Source: Sphagnum compactum (taxonomy: Eukaryota). From it: a stretch of DNA of 64,000 nucleotides. The stretch covers positions 4,836,001 to 4,900,000 of the forward strand of contig OZ234494.1 in NCBI GenBank assembly GCA_965153455.1. The letters run 5' to 3'. Positions within the stretch are counted from its first letter, which is position 1, and each line of letters starts with the position of its first letter. Positions 1-11,227 of this stretch are shown here, in pieces. The translations under genes were made by a program, and so were the position numbers. Under the pieces are notes generated by a model. The model had not been told where the DNA came from. It made no database searches and was given only the letters and a program-made list of their open reading frames with translations.

Positions 1-864
1 TGCTCAAAATGACCGCCTCCCGCTCCGTACTGTTGTCCAAGTACAAATCTTTGCCAAATAACCAAGCTCACGAAACTGGTTTCTGCAGAATGTGAATCCT
101 AGGCAGTCGCATGATCTGAACCTTGCATAACAATCAAGTTCCTTCAAGCATTTGGTATATACTGAAACCTGAGACATTACCAAACTGCAGGTACTATTTA
201 GTGAGCAACTGAAGCTCAGGGATGCTATCACAGGAATTACCAACCAGGTTGTGAAAGAAACAGAATTGCATACCTCATCAAGGCTGGAAGCTCAAGGCAA
301 CAACTCCACAGCCACTGCACTACACACAGGGACTCGGCAAGTGGAGGCTTCAGCAGCACAGGAGCAGGTCAATCAGAAGGACATCAAAGCATTGCAACGA
401 GACCTTGATGCAATGACAGTCAAGTGCACACAACTTGAGAAAGAATATACTGGCATACATGAACAAGTACTCATCCTGAACCCTAAACCATAAACCAGCT
501 ATACGTGAAAATCATTCTCCGTAATGATGTCTGAAATTGGTGTTTTCTTTCTAAGCAAGTCCTGAAGTTGGTGTTCTGAAATTGGTTGTTTCTTTGATCT
601 AAGGAAGTCCTGAAATTGATCCAGGTGTTTTGTGGGTTCTGCTGGTTGTGGAAATACTACTATTCTGGTTCTGAAACTGGTGGACTGTGGCAGGTTGAGA
701 GGCTTTTGAAACCACCCAAACCACATTCATCATCACCATGGTCATCTGGGTGGAAAAAGCTGAGTAGAATGCAAATTTTTCATCACCACAACAAGGAAGA
801 GACTGTGATGGTCCCACCGCCTCAACGTGCCACACCTCGAAAATGGAGGAATTCGATATCATAA
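1..864 (+). CDS. NPH3/RPT2-like (NRL, BTB/POZ-NPH3 family) protein, last three exons; 5' part lies outside the window
   Basis: Exons <1-40, 191-466 and 694-864 are joined by GT-AG introns and give AQNDRLPLRTVVQ|VLFSEQLKLRDAI... This is the end of the NPH3 domain (consensus AQNERLPLRVVVQVLFFEQ). A coiled-coil-like segment (QKDIKALQRDLDAMTVKCTQLEKEY), WSSGWKKL and a C-terminal RKWRNSIS* follow. Confidence 0.92.
529..625. repeat. Short imperfect tandem repeat in the last NRL intron
   Basis: Recurring ctgaaattggtgtt...tctaagnaagtcctgaa units. Confidence 0.6.
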
Positions 865-2749
865 GAGTGAGGAAACTGGTTTCAATGGCTTCTGGAAAAT
901 TTATGTGACTACAAAAACAGAGTTATAAGTGCACAGAAAAAGATTTCCCCATGAAGAACTCCACTCAAGGCATTTGCTCCAAATCCATGGTTGGTATTAA
1001 CCATTTAATGGGGGACAAAATCCATAGTTCAGTTTTTCCAACAGATTGGAATTGTAGCATCTGTGGTTGCATGCTAAATCTGCAAGGACCAGCTGCAAAG
1101 TTGTGCCCAAAATGCTAGTTTTCATGGGCAGAAACATTTACTATTTGGGCAAAATTTGAATTTAGGAGAGTGAGAAGGAAGAAAACAAATAATGAAATTG
1201 GGTCTGCACATACTGCTGCAAAGCTACAGTTGAACATCCAGAGCTTGAATTAGGAGAAACCTCATGTAGATAGGCTACGAGGCAACACTTCTATGTCATG
1301 GGTGATCTCGACCAATTTGAGCATGTAGAGACATGAGACACCAAAAGGGTTTAGCGCGTAAGCTTGGTTAAGGTTCACTGCCACATTCCATACTGAATTT
1401 TTCTGAAGCATGCATGATTGATTAATTAGGTGAGGGATAGAAAGTGAGAACTGTTTTGGTACAATTCTCACTACTTGTCAGAGTTGTTGTACTGAGGTTG
1501 TACATAACCTTTTGTTTAAAGCTTTCAGTTTGTGTGAGTAGTATTGGGGGAAGAAGTCAGGACATACATGGACTGAGAATGTTGTGCTTACACCGCCAAT
1601 TAAGTCAATTCATATGCTAGCATAACACTCTGATGATATGTACATTTCTGTCTTGCAATCTACTTCCATGATGTCCCAACAATTGTCCTGCCAAGAATGT
1701 CAGGCTGTAGTCATATACTCTCTCCCTCTTGCTCTCTCTCTCATATGTATTTGTTGTGCTCCAAACATCTGCATGGGAGTTCATTGTGGGTTCTCAGCAA
1801 AGTTTGGAATTCTAAATTTCTTGGGTTGGTTTTGATCTTTATCTAACGGTCTCTACGTTTCATGCAACGACATATACTTGTGCAATAATGTTTCTTGTTG
1901 TTGGATATCCACCTCAATAGTAGGTAATACAGCATAAGTTCAGACTTTTTAATTGTTGGTTGGTTCTTGTAAATGAGAAGCTAGTCTTTGGGAATTTGGA
2001 AGCCTCACAAATGTATTTGGAGGGCACCTTATGTCCATGGATATCCCTCCCTCCCCCTCTCACATTAGACATTGATCATCTCAGACAAGTACTTACCATC
2101 CAGGAAGAAAAATGTGGCATTTCTTACATGCTATATAATTCATGGACTTCACATTTTGTTTGTTCAGAATCATAATGCTAGTCTTATTATTAAGACTTAG
2201 TTTTAGTTCTACTCTTCTGTGTTTTTTGTTTTTCCTAGTTCTTTAGTCATTTATTATGGTGAGTCTGGGGATTTCTGGATTGTCATGAGATTTGCTTCTG
2301 TTGTTTCACAGGGGTGTCATGTTACAAGCTTTTTCCATGACAACGGTGATATCATTAGCACACGAGATCAAGATTTGGGTGGTCAGATAGTTACCCGATT
2401 GTAAAGATTTTTTTTCAAATGCACCAAAATTTATTCCATTTCTCCAAACAATAGCCAACTCTTGAAATTGCATTGAGATTTTTCATTACTCAGTCTGCAT
2501 GCCTCATGGTCACAATTTTGAACATTGGAGACCCATTGCATGCATGAACAAAACCCAAGCCAACATGATGAAATTGGCAGCAAGAAACAAATGAACAATG
2601 TAGAAGTAGCAAAGCTCTACCATAGTACCTCCATCACTTCAACACATGTTTGTCGAATAATTAGGTAAATTTTGAGGATTCCATTTCAACAAATGATATA
2701 TTCACAAATATTCCATCAGTTTCTTTATTTCTTTTTACATAGACTAAGG

Positions 2750-3170
2750 CGCTACCTAGTAAGTAAGGGATTAACTAGGTTAGGCCTATCTACCTCCCTA
2801 CCTACCCACCTTCCTATCTATGGGTTTACTTACCTACCTACCTAGTTATTTGGGATAGGGGTTATCAAAAGCTTACATGAGGGGGTTACAAAGGGCCATT
2901 TTAAAGACTACCTAAAGTTACCTAGGGATAATTTACAAGGTTACATAAAGCCTACCTAAGGGGTTATAAAGGGATTTTCTAAGTGATGGGGTACATAAGG
3001 GTTAGTTATGAGGTTATGTAAGGGCTATTTAAGAAGATTATCCAGAGTCTTCCTAAGTTAGGGGATATTTAGGAGGTGACTTATGGGGCTGCATGAGGAG
3101 CTATGAGGAGTTACCTCAAGGATACTTAAAGACTACATAGAAGATGACTTAAGGTAGGGGATATTTAAGT
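2750..3170. repeat. Degenerate low-complexity repeat (ctacct/ggggttac/taagg motifs), probably TE-derived
   Basis: Dense recurrence of tacctacc, gggttac and aagg motifs; no ORF. Confidence 0.5.
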
Positions 3171-3189
3171 ATAATAGCAAATCAAACAA

Positions 3190-4785
3190 ATTGGACACCT
3201 TCTGTGCAAGACACAGAACCTCATGGTGGCTCCTATGTGATCAAACTATATGATTTGGAAGGAAGTTTTTCTGCAGTCCCTGTGGGTGAGAGAGAGAAGC
3301 CATGGCAGTAGTTCTTTTCGGATCCTTCCCAATGGTGGGGTCACAGATCAGAGAAGGAAACTGAACATCAATCTTGTTAGAATTCACCTGTCTTGTTGAT
3401 GTCAATTTTGCTGCTCTCTCTTGATTGCTATCCTGTTGTGGGTCTAAACGTTGGCATAACTTCTTTCACATCCTTTGCACTGGTGGGATGATAGTAGTAG
3501 GCTGGAGAAGGTAAGTAGATGCAATATGCTGATGGAGAAGGTTGGCGCAGCTTTCTCCATTCTTATGATAACATTTATACCTGGTATGTGGATCCTGCAC
3601 GGCTGGTCAGCTTGACCTGGATCCTTGTTGTAGACAAATGAAAGGTACCCAGATTTCACACATAAGGACACAGCAGAAGCACTCTGGTTTGAGAGCTGAT
3701 GAAACCCACCATGGGTGGCAGCAGAGATGGCTGCAATGGCACTGGGCCCAGTGCAGAATTACACATTTTTCCATGGAATGAGAAGCTTACAACACATGTG
3801 AAGGGTGGGCAATCTGAGAAGGCAACCAGAAGAATGAGTCCCAACAAATTCACTGTGTGCAATAGCTTGATTGACATATATGCAAAATGTGGGAGCATTG
3901 AAGATGCTTGCTTGGACAGCTTTCAACAAGATGCTATCTTGAGATGTGGTCTCTTGGAATGCCATGGTATTGGGACGTGTAAAATGCGGGTAAGGGTAGA
4001 AGGCACTGGAGCAATTTCAACAAATGCAACAGGACAGTGTATGGCCAAACACTGTGACTTTTTTGGGGGGTGCTGAATGCATGTGCCAGCATGATTGCAC
4101 TTGAAGAGGGCAGATGTGTTCATGTGCAGACGTGCAGACAAAGTGATTTGGAGTCTGAGGTCTTTGTGGGGAGTAGCTTGGTTGACATTTATGTAACATG
4201 TAGGAGCATGGAGGATGCCATCTCAAGATGTGATAACTTGGACTGCCGTACTTGGAGGATGTGCCCCTGCATGGGCATGATAAGGACGCTCTTATACATT
4301 TTGAACAGTTGTGTAAGAAGGTTTGCAACCAAATGATATCACTTTAATTTGTCCTGTCAGCTTGTAGCCATTCAGGTTTGTTGGATGAAGACGTGTGCTT
4401 GTATGCTTCAATGGTCACCGAGTATATGATTTCTGCAAAATTGAAACATTACACCTTTATGGCTGACCTTCTTGGCTGTGCTGGCCATCTACAGGAGGCA
4501 GAGAATATGGTCATTACAATGCCCTGTAAACTAGATGTGGCAGCATGGGTGGCTTGCTTCACACTTGCAGAATTTGTGGTAATTTGGAGGTGGCAGATGC
4601 CATTGCCAAATGAATTCTTGAAATGGAGCCTGACAATGCTGTTGGGTATGTGTGTTGTCAAACATCTATGCTGGTGCTGGCAACAGGCTTCTCTGTGAGA
4701 ATTCTGAGCACAGAGAAAGGAAAAAAGATCTGAAGAAACAGCCAGGTTGCACTTGGATTGAGGTGAATAATGAGGCACACTGCAA
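3190..4785 (+). pseudogene. Decayed PLS-class PPR protein with E/E+ domain and an N-terminal OSB-type PDF motif
   Basis: Reading across stops and frameshifts: transit-peptide-like FCARHRTSWWLLCDQTI*FGRKFFCS; EKPWQ*FFSDPSQWWGHRSEK; RWHNFF-HPLHWWDDSSRLEK; GT-AG intron 3511-3633; TNERYPDFTHKDTAEALWFES**NPPWVAAEMAAM. PPR motifs follow: FPWNEKLTTHVKGGQSEKA, VCNSLIDIYAKCGSIEDA, SWNAMVLGRVKCG*G*KALEQFQQM, VTF-GVLNACASMIALEEGRCVH, VFVGSSLVDIYVTCRSMEDA, HYTFMADLLGCAGHLQEAENMV. E-domain EMEPDNAVGY...SNIYAGAG and KKQPGCTWIEVNNEAH end it. No DYW domain follows. Confidence 0.9.
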
Positions 4786-4930
4786 GGTCCAGGAGCAAAA
4801 CTAAGGTCCTCAGTGACTCCTGCACACTAAACAATGATTTCTATTACTTCTCGTATGTAACTTGTTGCTGGAGAATGGGTGATGATAATACTTCTGTTAT
4901 GGAACTTGCTGCTGGAGGATGGACTGGATG

Positions 4931-6290
4931 TTATTGTGTGGAACACAGCCTCTTGTGAATACCCACTACAAGCATGCTCATAATAATTCTGCATTTGCAC
5001 ATAAAAATCTGCAGCTCCCAGTACACATGTTGACAAGAAAAGCCAAATCATCTCTATACAAAACAGATTGTTAAAACAGCCGACCATTCCCATGTTCAAA
5101 ACACTTCAACACAAGCATACTGTTGTTCGCTTAAGTCTTACAGTTTTGCTCCAAACTGCATTTTTGACTCCAAAAAATTCAATCTACATAAAACTATCAT
5201 CTTCAAACTTTGAAGTTGCAAGGACACACATGATCTGGTTGTATATGACTCCAAAGGAAAGGGGAAACATTGCATGTAAAGATTATCTCTGCTAAGGGAG
5301 GGCTTGACAATGATCCAGTTAGGGGCTGATTGAAGCTCTTGCTAGCAAGAGCTTCAATCTTTCCTCTACCTCTCCTCTTCCAACCCACAAAGTCCTTCCA
5401 ACTGGTTAGCACTGGTTAACTTTTGAACACCAACTGCAAGAGTGTACTCCTGACTCTATGTGTTGTGTTTTTCGTCTATTCTCCTGTTTTTTTTACCTGA
5501 CTGACTTGAGGAAAAGTTTCTTGCTTTCTTCCGCACTAGTGGATATCTGCTGGGAAGATCTAGCAAAGCAGATGCCTTGATCTAGCATAGGTACCAGCTT
5601 GATCTGGCAAAGTGGGTATTTACCTTGATCTGTTGTCACAGCATTTGAGGATAAGACTTTGGATATGAGTTCGTTGTGAGGCATGACAGTGCAGTTGCAG
5701 GATTGGAAGATGAGGTGAAGCTGGTTGAACAGTTGTGGTAGACCTGATAGCATTAGTTGTCACTGTCGTCGCTTCAAAGTTTCACTACTTTGCTCTTCCA
5801 ACACCTTTTTCTCTTCCTCTATCACCTGCCACAAATATATTCACCATCTTTAGGATACGATCTAGATCCTAGCTTTCTTTCATGTCCAATGCATCATGTT
5901 GAACACTCCATACATTTCAAATGCAACAACAAGTGCAATTAATCTGTTAATTTCTCTACAGTGATTTTACTTGGAGAGGGAGCTTCACATAGTGAGTGCA
6001 CGAGTTCAGCTGGTAGTAGACACTGTATAATCTTCATGTCAGCATCTGAAACCCAACTCCATCTCAGAAGGGAGAGGAATTTCCTGGTTGTGAGCAACAG
6101 CACCATCAGTGATGCTTGAATTGCAAGGAACTTCTTGCTGCTTGCAAGCATCATGATCATCAGTGATGCTTGAAGTGCACTTAGAATCTGAAAGCCCTCA
6201 GATTGAAAGAAGGGATCTGCTGGGTATCTTCACAGTGTCTTTGAAAGTGAGGGTTCTCATTGTAGCAGTTTTCTTTACAAGGATCATATT
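4931..6290 (-). pseudogene. CDT1: CDT1 (DNA replication licensing factor) 3' fragment, pseudogenised
   Basis: Minus-strand exons ~6290-5993 (..DADMKIIQCLLPAELVHS), 5825-5624 (VIEEEKKVLEEQSSETLKRRQ*QLMLSGLPQLFNQLHLIFQS..HNELISKVLSSNAVTTDQ), 5374-~5275 (GEVEERLKLLL/SAPNWIIVKPSLSRDNLY) and 4988-4931 (IIMSMLVVGIHKRLCSTQ*). These match the plant CDT1 C-terminus (KRRxxMIACLPKLFN..ELVHKII..DRxEVEEQLxLLxExxPEWI). Lesions: in-frame TGA at 5760-5762, a 10-nt frameshift insertion, and an apparently mutated donor. No 5' exons are seen. Confidence 0.82.
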
Positions 6291-7549
6291 TTTTTGTATA
6301 TTACAATAATTAGCATGATTACTTTAATTCTTAGTAATTAATATTTTAAATGTGAGCTTCTAAATTACTTAATTTTTAAAAGTATATTAGAACCAGCTTT
6401 TTTTTTCCCCCCCCCCCTTAAAGTATGATATTTTTGGGTCAAAGTTTAATTTTCGTATATTAAAATAATTAGTATATAACTTTAATTATGAATTATCATT
6501 ATTATTATTATTTCAAGTCTAAGCTTCTAAATTACTCAATTGTTTGAAATGTATTAAAACTAAATGTGTTATTTTCTAAATGATGATGAAGAAAGAGTAT
6601 TATGGTGTGGTTTTGTGGAAAAGGAACCCATTTAGTTCATTTGATTTCATTTGTGTTGCAATCTGATCTTTTATCTCAATCACTAAATCCTAAGTGCAAG
6701 GTTCAACTCCCTTGCTCACTTCTATGATTTTTACCCTCTTCCCATTAGATATTATGTTTTTTTTTTTTTTTTGGTTTTTTATGTCAATTTAATACATATA
6801 TTCAATAATCAAAATCATTATTTAAATTTCAAAATATTATTTTAAATAGTTGCTTCACATTAAATATGATGTTTGAAATGTTGCAAACAAACATTTAAAC
6901 TAATAAAAAATGTGCCAAACACAACTACCTAAACAACTTTTTAGATGGATATTATAGTAATTAAATTATTATTTAAATTTTGAGTTATTCTTTTAAATTA
7001 TTAGTTCCCATTAGATTTTTTTAAAATTTTTTTTCTAATGTCAAATTTCAATATGTGTTTAAATGATTAAAATAATTATTTGATTTCCAAGGTATTAATT
7101 CAAATCAATCCAAGCGCCAAACATAATTATATCAATAAAATATGCCCAACACAACTACCTTTAGGTTTCAACCAAATGTATGAAAACCGATTGAATCAAT
7201 TTTTGTCATTTGCATTATGACATTAAAATAACAACCACATTACATCTTGAATTTGGATCTCCTATTTCAATGGCTTTCTCTTTTGTACATAAAAATCCTA
7301 GTGTACATTGATACCCCACAATCAAATCAATTTTTCAAACATAATTTTATGATCCAAAGACATTTAATAAATGACATAATTAACAAAGTAATAAATCTAA
7401 CATGGTGTTAAGTTGTGTAATGAGTGCAAATTAAATCAAGGTTGTCAAAATGGATGTGATGTCCTCAAATTTGTGTTAGTTATGACATCATCATTTGTTT
7501 CAACACATTAATTTTGTCTTTTAAGACAAATGTCAACTATTTTTTTAGT

Positions 7550-7920
7550 GATTGAAAATTTTAGTTTGCCAACTTTTGGTTATCACAATGTGCAACCAAA
7601 AATTTTCGATTGCCATTCAAGCGACCAAAAGTTTTTAATCATCGCCCAAAAATTTGGGTGCTGCGCAAAAAAATTCAATCATCCAATTGATAGTCGTTAA
7701 ATCCTCACAATTGATTCAATGATTGAAAACTTTTTGATCATTGTTAAAAAGAACATCAATTGCTCCTCAAATTTTGCCTAAAAAAATTGATCTTCACTTT
7801 TTGGTCTTCAAATCAAACCATTGAATTTTTAAAGACCTACGTGGAAAATTTTTGATCATTATTCGAATTTTTTCAATCGTCCAATGGATGATGGTTCAAT
7901 CTCCACCATTGATCTAACAA
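7550..7920. repeat. Degenerate AT-rich repeat tract (aaaattttt-gatca/caatc motifs), likely TE subterminal remnant
   Basis: Recurring aaaa(n)tttt-gatcatt/aatcatc units. Confidence 0.45.
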
Positions 7921-8462
7921 ATGCCTAGACGTTGTGACAACCCTAAATGAAATGATTTTTCATTTTAATATCATTGCAACGAAATTTCTTGATTTATTTT
8001 AATTTTAAATCTAAGATTTTAGTTAATAGAACATACACGTGCACATTGTTCACTTTAAATTTTTCATGAAATGTTATTTTCAAGATATGAACAATGTTTG
8101 AGTTTAAATTGAAAAAAAAATTCAAAAAGGAGGCAAAGAAATTTAGTAAGTACCTAATGATCTTAAAAATACCTGAAGCACATTAGAATAAACCATCACA
8201 TTGGTCACAAAAGTTATTTTTCCTTTTAGAATACAAAATTGACATAGTAATAGTCCATAAAAATGAAGCTCTCGAAAATCATTACATTTGCAGACATTGA
8301 TGTTTTCTCATGAACAATTTTGAAAAGAGAAACTTATTATATGTTGGATCAAATTACAATGTTGAATTGTTCTCTCAACCTTTTGAAATCATCCATTCAT
8401 GTTGAATGGAAGTTCAATTTTATAAAGGAATTGAAAGTTTAGAAAAGATAGGAAATACATAA

Positions 8463-9839
8463 CAATAGTAGAAATCAACCAAAATGCAACCACTACATTT
8501 ATGGTTACCTACTATAACTTGTTGTTTGCAACTAGTTTTGGGAGTATTTGCAACTATTAGATCAAAATTTTCAATTATTTTGGTCATTGTTACGACTCTG
8601 TTGCAACTATTGATGACTTCATCCTCTGGGCTAGATGGTTTTAAAATCTCTTTTCATTCGTGAATAAGTTAATATGTCTCATTAGTCACAATAGTCGCCA
8701 AGTCAATCGCACCCCTAAAGATATTCTATGGTCATTTAGGGGCATATTTTTATGTATGTATTAAAATTATATTTAAGATATATTACCTGTATAATAGAAA
8801 TAATAATAATAATAATATCATACATTAATTATGTATGTGTGTAATGTTCATATAATTGAATCTAGAAGTTCATATTATTTTAATCTGAAAATTGCTGTCT
8901 AAATTTGAAAATTGATATTTGATCTATGAAAATTGTTACGTGAACTCAAAAGTTATCATTTGAATCTGAAAAGTGTTATTTGAATATCAAATTTGATATT
9001 TCAATTCTAAAAATTGTTATTTGAACTAAAATCTAATTATTTCAATTTTTACAATTATTAATTGAGTCTAAAAATGGATATGTCAATTTTGAAAAAAACA
9101 ATTTGGATCTAAAAGTGAATAGTTAAAATTTGAAAATTAATTTTGAAATTGAGAAACGTATTTCAATTTATTAATTTATATTCGAATTCTTAAAATTGGT
9201 AATAAGAGCTATAACAAATGAAATAATAACAAAAGTAATAATGGCAAAATAGCTAGCCACTAGCTACATTAATATTAAATATTTAGTCTATTAAAAATAT
9301 AGAATTTTATTTTATTAATATTATTTATTATTTTAAATATTAAATAGTTATAAAAATGGATAATAATAATAAAATAACTAGTTAGTCTAACCACTAACTA
9401 CACTAGTAATAATATAATATTATTATATATTAACTTTTATTAATTTTAATAATGGATATAATTAGGAGGTGAACTAAACTAAACTTAACCTAGGTACATA
9501 GCTTAACCCAACATAACCTAACATGGTTAGTTAATTAATAGTTGTTAGTTAATATGTAGTTATTAGTTCATGCAACTAAATTGCAATTAAAAACTTATCG
9601 TATATCTTTTGTCTTTGTTTTCACATTTCAAAATTATATAAGTAAGTGCACTAAAACATTGAATATACACAATGACAATCACATAGACCATACATTTTGT
9701 ATGTAGATGAAATCGTATATGTTAACTTTGACTTCACATGTTGTTTGTAACTAAGAACACGTGCAACTTGTTCAAGGCAATTAGGGCATTTTTAGTTGCA
9801 CATGACTCAAGTGTCTAAAAAACCATTTTTCTTCTAGTG
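8463..9839. mobile_element. Non-autonomous CACTA (En/Spm) element
   Basis: The left end CAATAGTAGAAA matches the reverse complement of the right end (CACTAGAAGAAA) at 10/12 positions. TAA flanks both sides (8460-8462, 9840-9842), consistent with a 3-bp TSD. Repeated tgcaacta/tagttgca subterminal motifs and an internal tandem array are present. Confidence 0.75.
8860..9200. repeat. Degenerate ~20-21 bp tandem array inside the CACTA element
   Basis: Units resembling tttgaatctgaaaattgttat repeated more than 10 times with divergence. Confidence 0.7.
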
Positions 9840-10149
9840 TAAACGACTCGACGATATGAACAATATCATTATGTTTGTGTTTTACCAAAGGAAAAGAAAG
9901 TTTGACAAACATAGGAGATAGGCAAACAATTCATAACGATATCAAAAACATGCTTGCACATACATTTATTAAAAATTTTAACTTATATAATATATCTTTG
10001 ATTAAATCATCGACAATCTTTTGAACCTAACTTGAACACTAACATTTAATGTATCCATGGTTATTTGCAACAATTATTTGCTACCTATATAATATAGCTA
10101 AGAAAGTTATATTTAAAATTAACAATGTTAAAATCAAGTGTTTGTTAAA

Positions 10150-10310
10150 TTTTAGTTTCGACCAAAATTTAGGAAAAAATATTAAATTTTTATATATGGT
10201 TCAATTAAATAGCTAGAAATGTCAAATTAATACATTGACTTATAGTCAGATTTGGATATTTTTTTCCTATAGATCATTGTTACTTTTGCTTACCACAAAG
10301 ATGATAAAAG
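10150..10310 (+). repeat. Decayed copy of a short dispersed repeat (related copies ~58350-58420 and ~60150-60370)
   Basis: Shares the order aaatt(gcc)agatttctatacatgg..tagc..aaa...tatagccagatttggct...cctatggatgat with the 60.2 kb copy. Confidence 0.5.
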
Positions 10311-11227
10311 AACAAGCTAGTTTCTTGTGATATCTACCCAAGTTTTCTAGTGAGGTCATTTACGTAAAAGAGCTTTGTCCAACATTTTAAAACCCTTAAT
10401 TTTAAAATTATTGATTTTTTAATGAATTTTCTTTTGGAGTCAAATTGGTGATCATGCGTAAGAACATCAATGTTTTTTAATTCTAAAATTTGTGAGCTTG
10501 AAAAAATAATTTTTGGAAAAAAAAAAAACCTTGTAATCAACACCCACAAATTATATGCAAGGACTAATTGCAGCCTACAGTACTTGGAAATGTGTAGGAC
10601 CTAATTGAAGTTGTTGGTAGTGGGCACCTTTATCAAAAGCTTTTTATGTGAATAACAACATTTTAGAACTCATGGAGTTTAGTAATAGTATTAGCAAAAC
10701 TTATTAAATTACAAAACAAATCCAATTGTGCTAGTGTGACATTGTTTGTCATGAGAATGGGTTTAGTGTGGTCCATATCTTATCAACCCACATCTTATTC
10801 AATGTTTATTGTCTATTTTGAATTATCTTCATGGCTATGGGTGCATCACATGGAGGTTTACAATACCTACTTGAATTTTTCTAATGGGCTCATCTAGTTG
10901 AAAAACCTCTACCTTTAACATTTTGAAACCTTTAGTTATAAAACCCTTTCAACCAATGGTTTTTTCATGACTTTTCTTTTAGAGCAAAAAACACATAAGA
11001 CTAAATTGTTAATTTAGAATTAAGTTACCCAACATAATGGATAGAAAATTCCACTTAATGACCATCAGATTTATCATCAGACCATCAGATTTTAACAAAT
11101 TTATCATTATTATTTTTAAATTACAAAGTAATCAAATTATTTACAAGAAATGAAAATTTATTTTCAGTAACTCATTAAAAATTTATAAATATATATAAAT
11201 AAGAGAACTGTTATCTAAAGTTTAATG

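Noticed and set aside
2088-2100. tacttacc resembling the U1 snRNA 5' end
   Set aside because: No U1 stem-loops or Sm site follow. It is just a reverse-complement donor-like hexamer.
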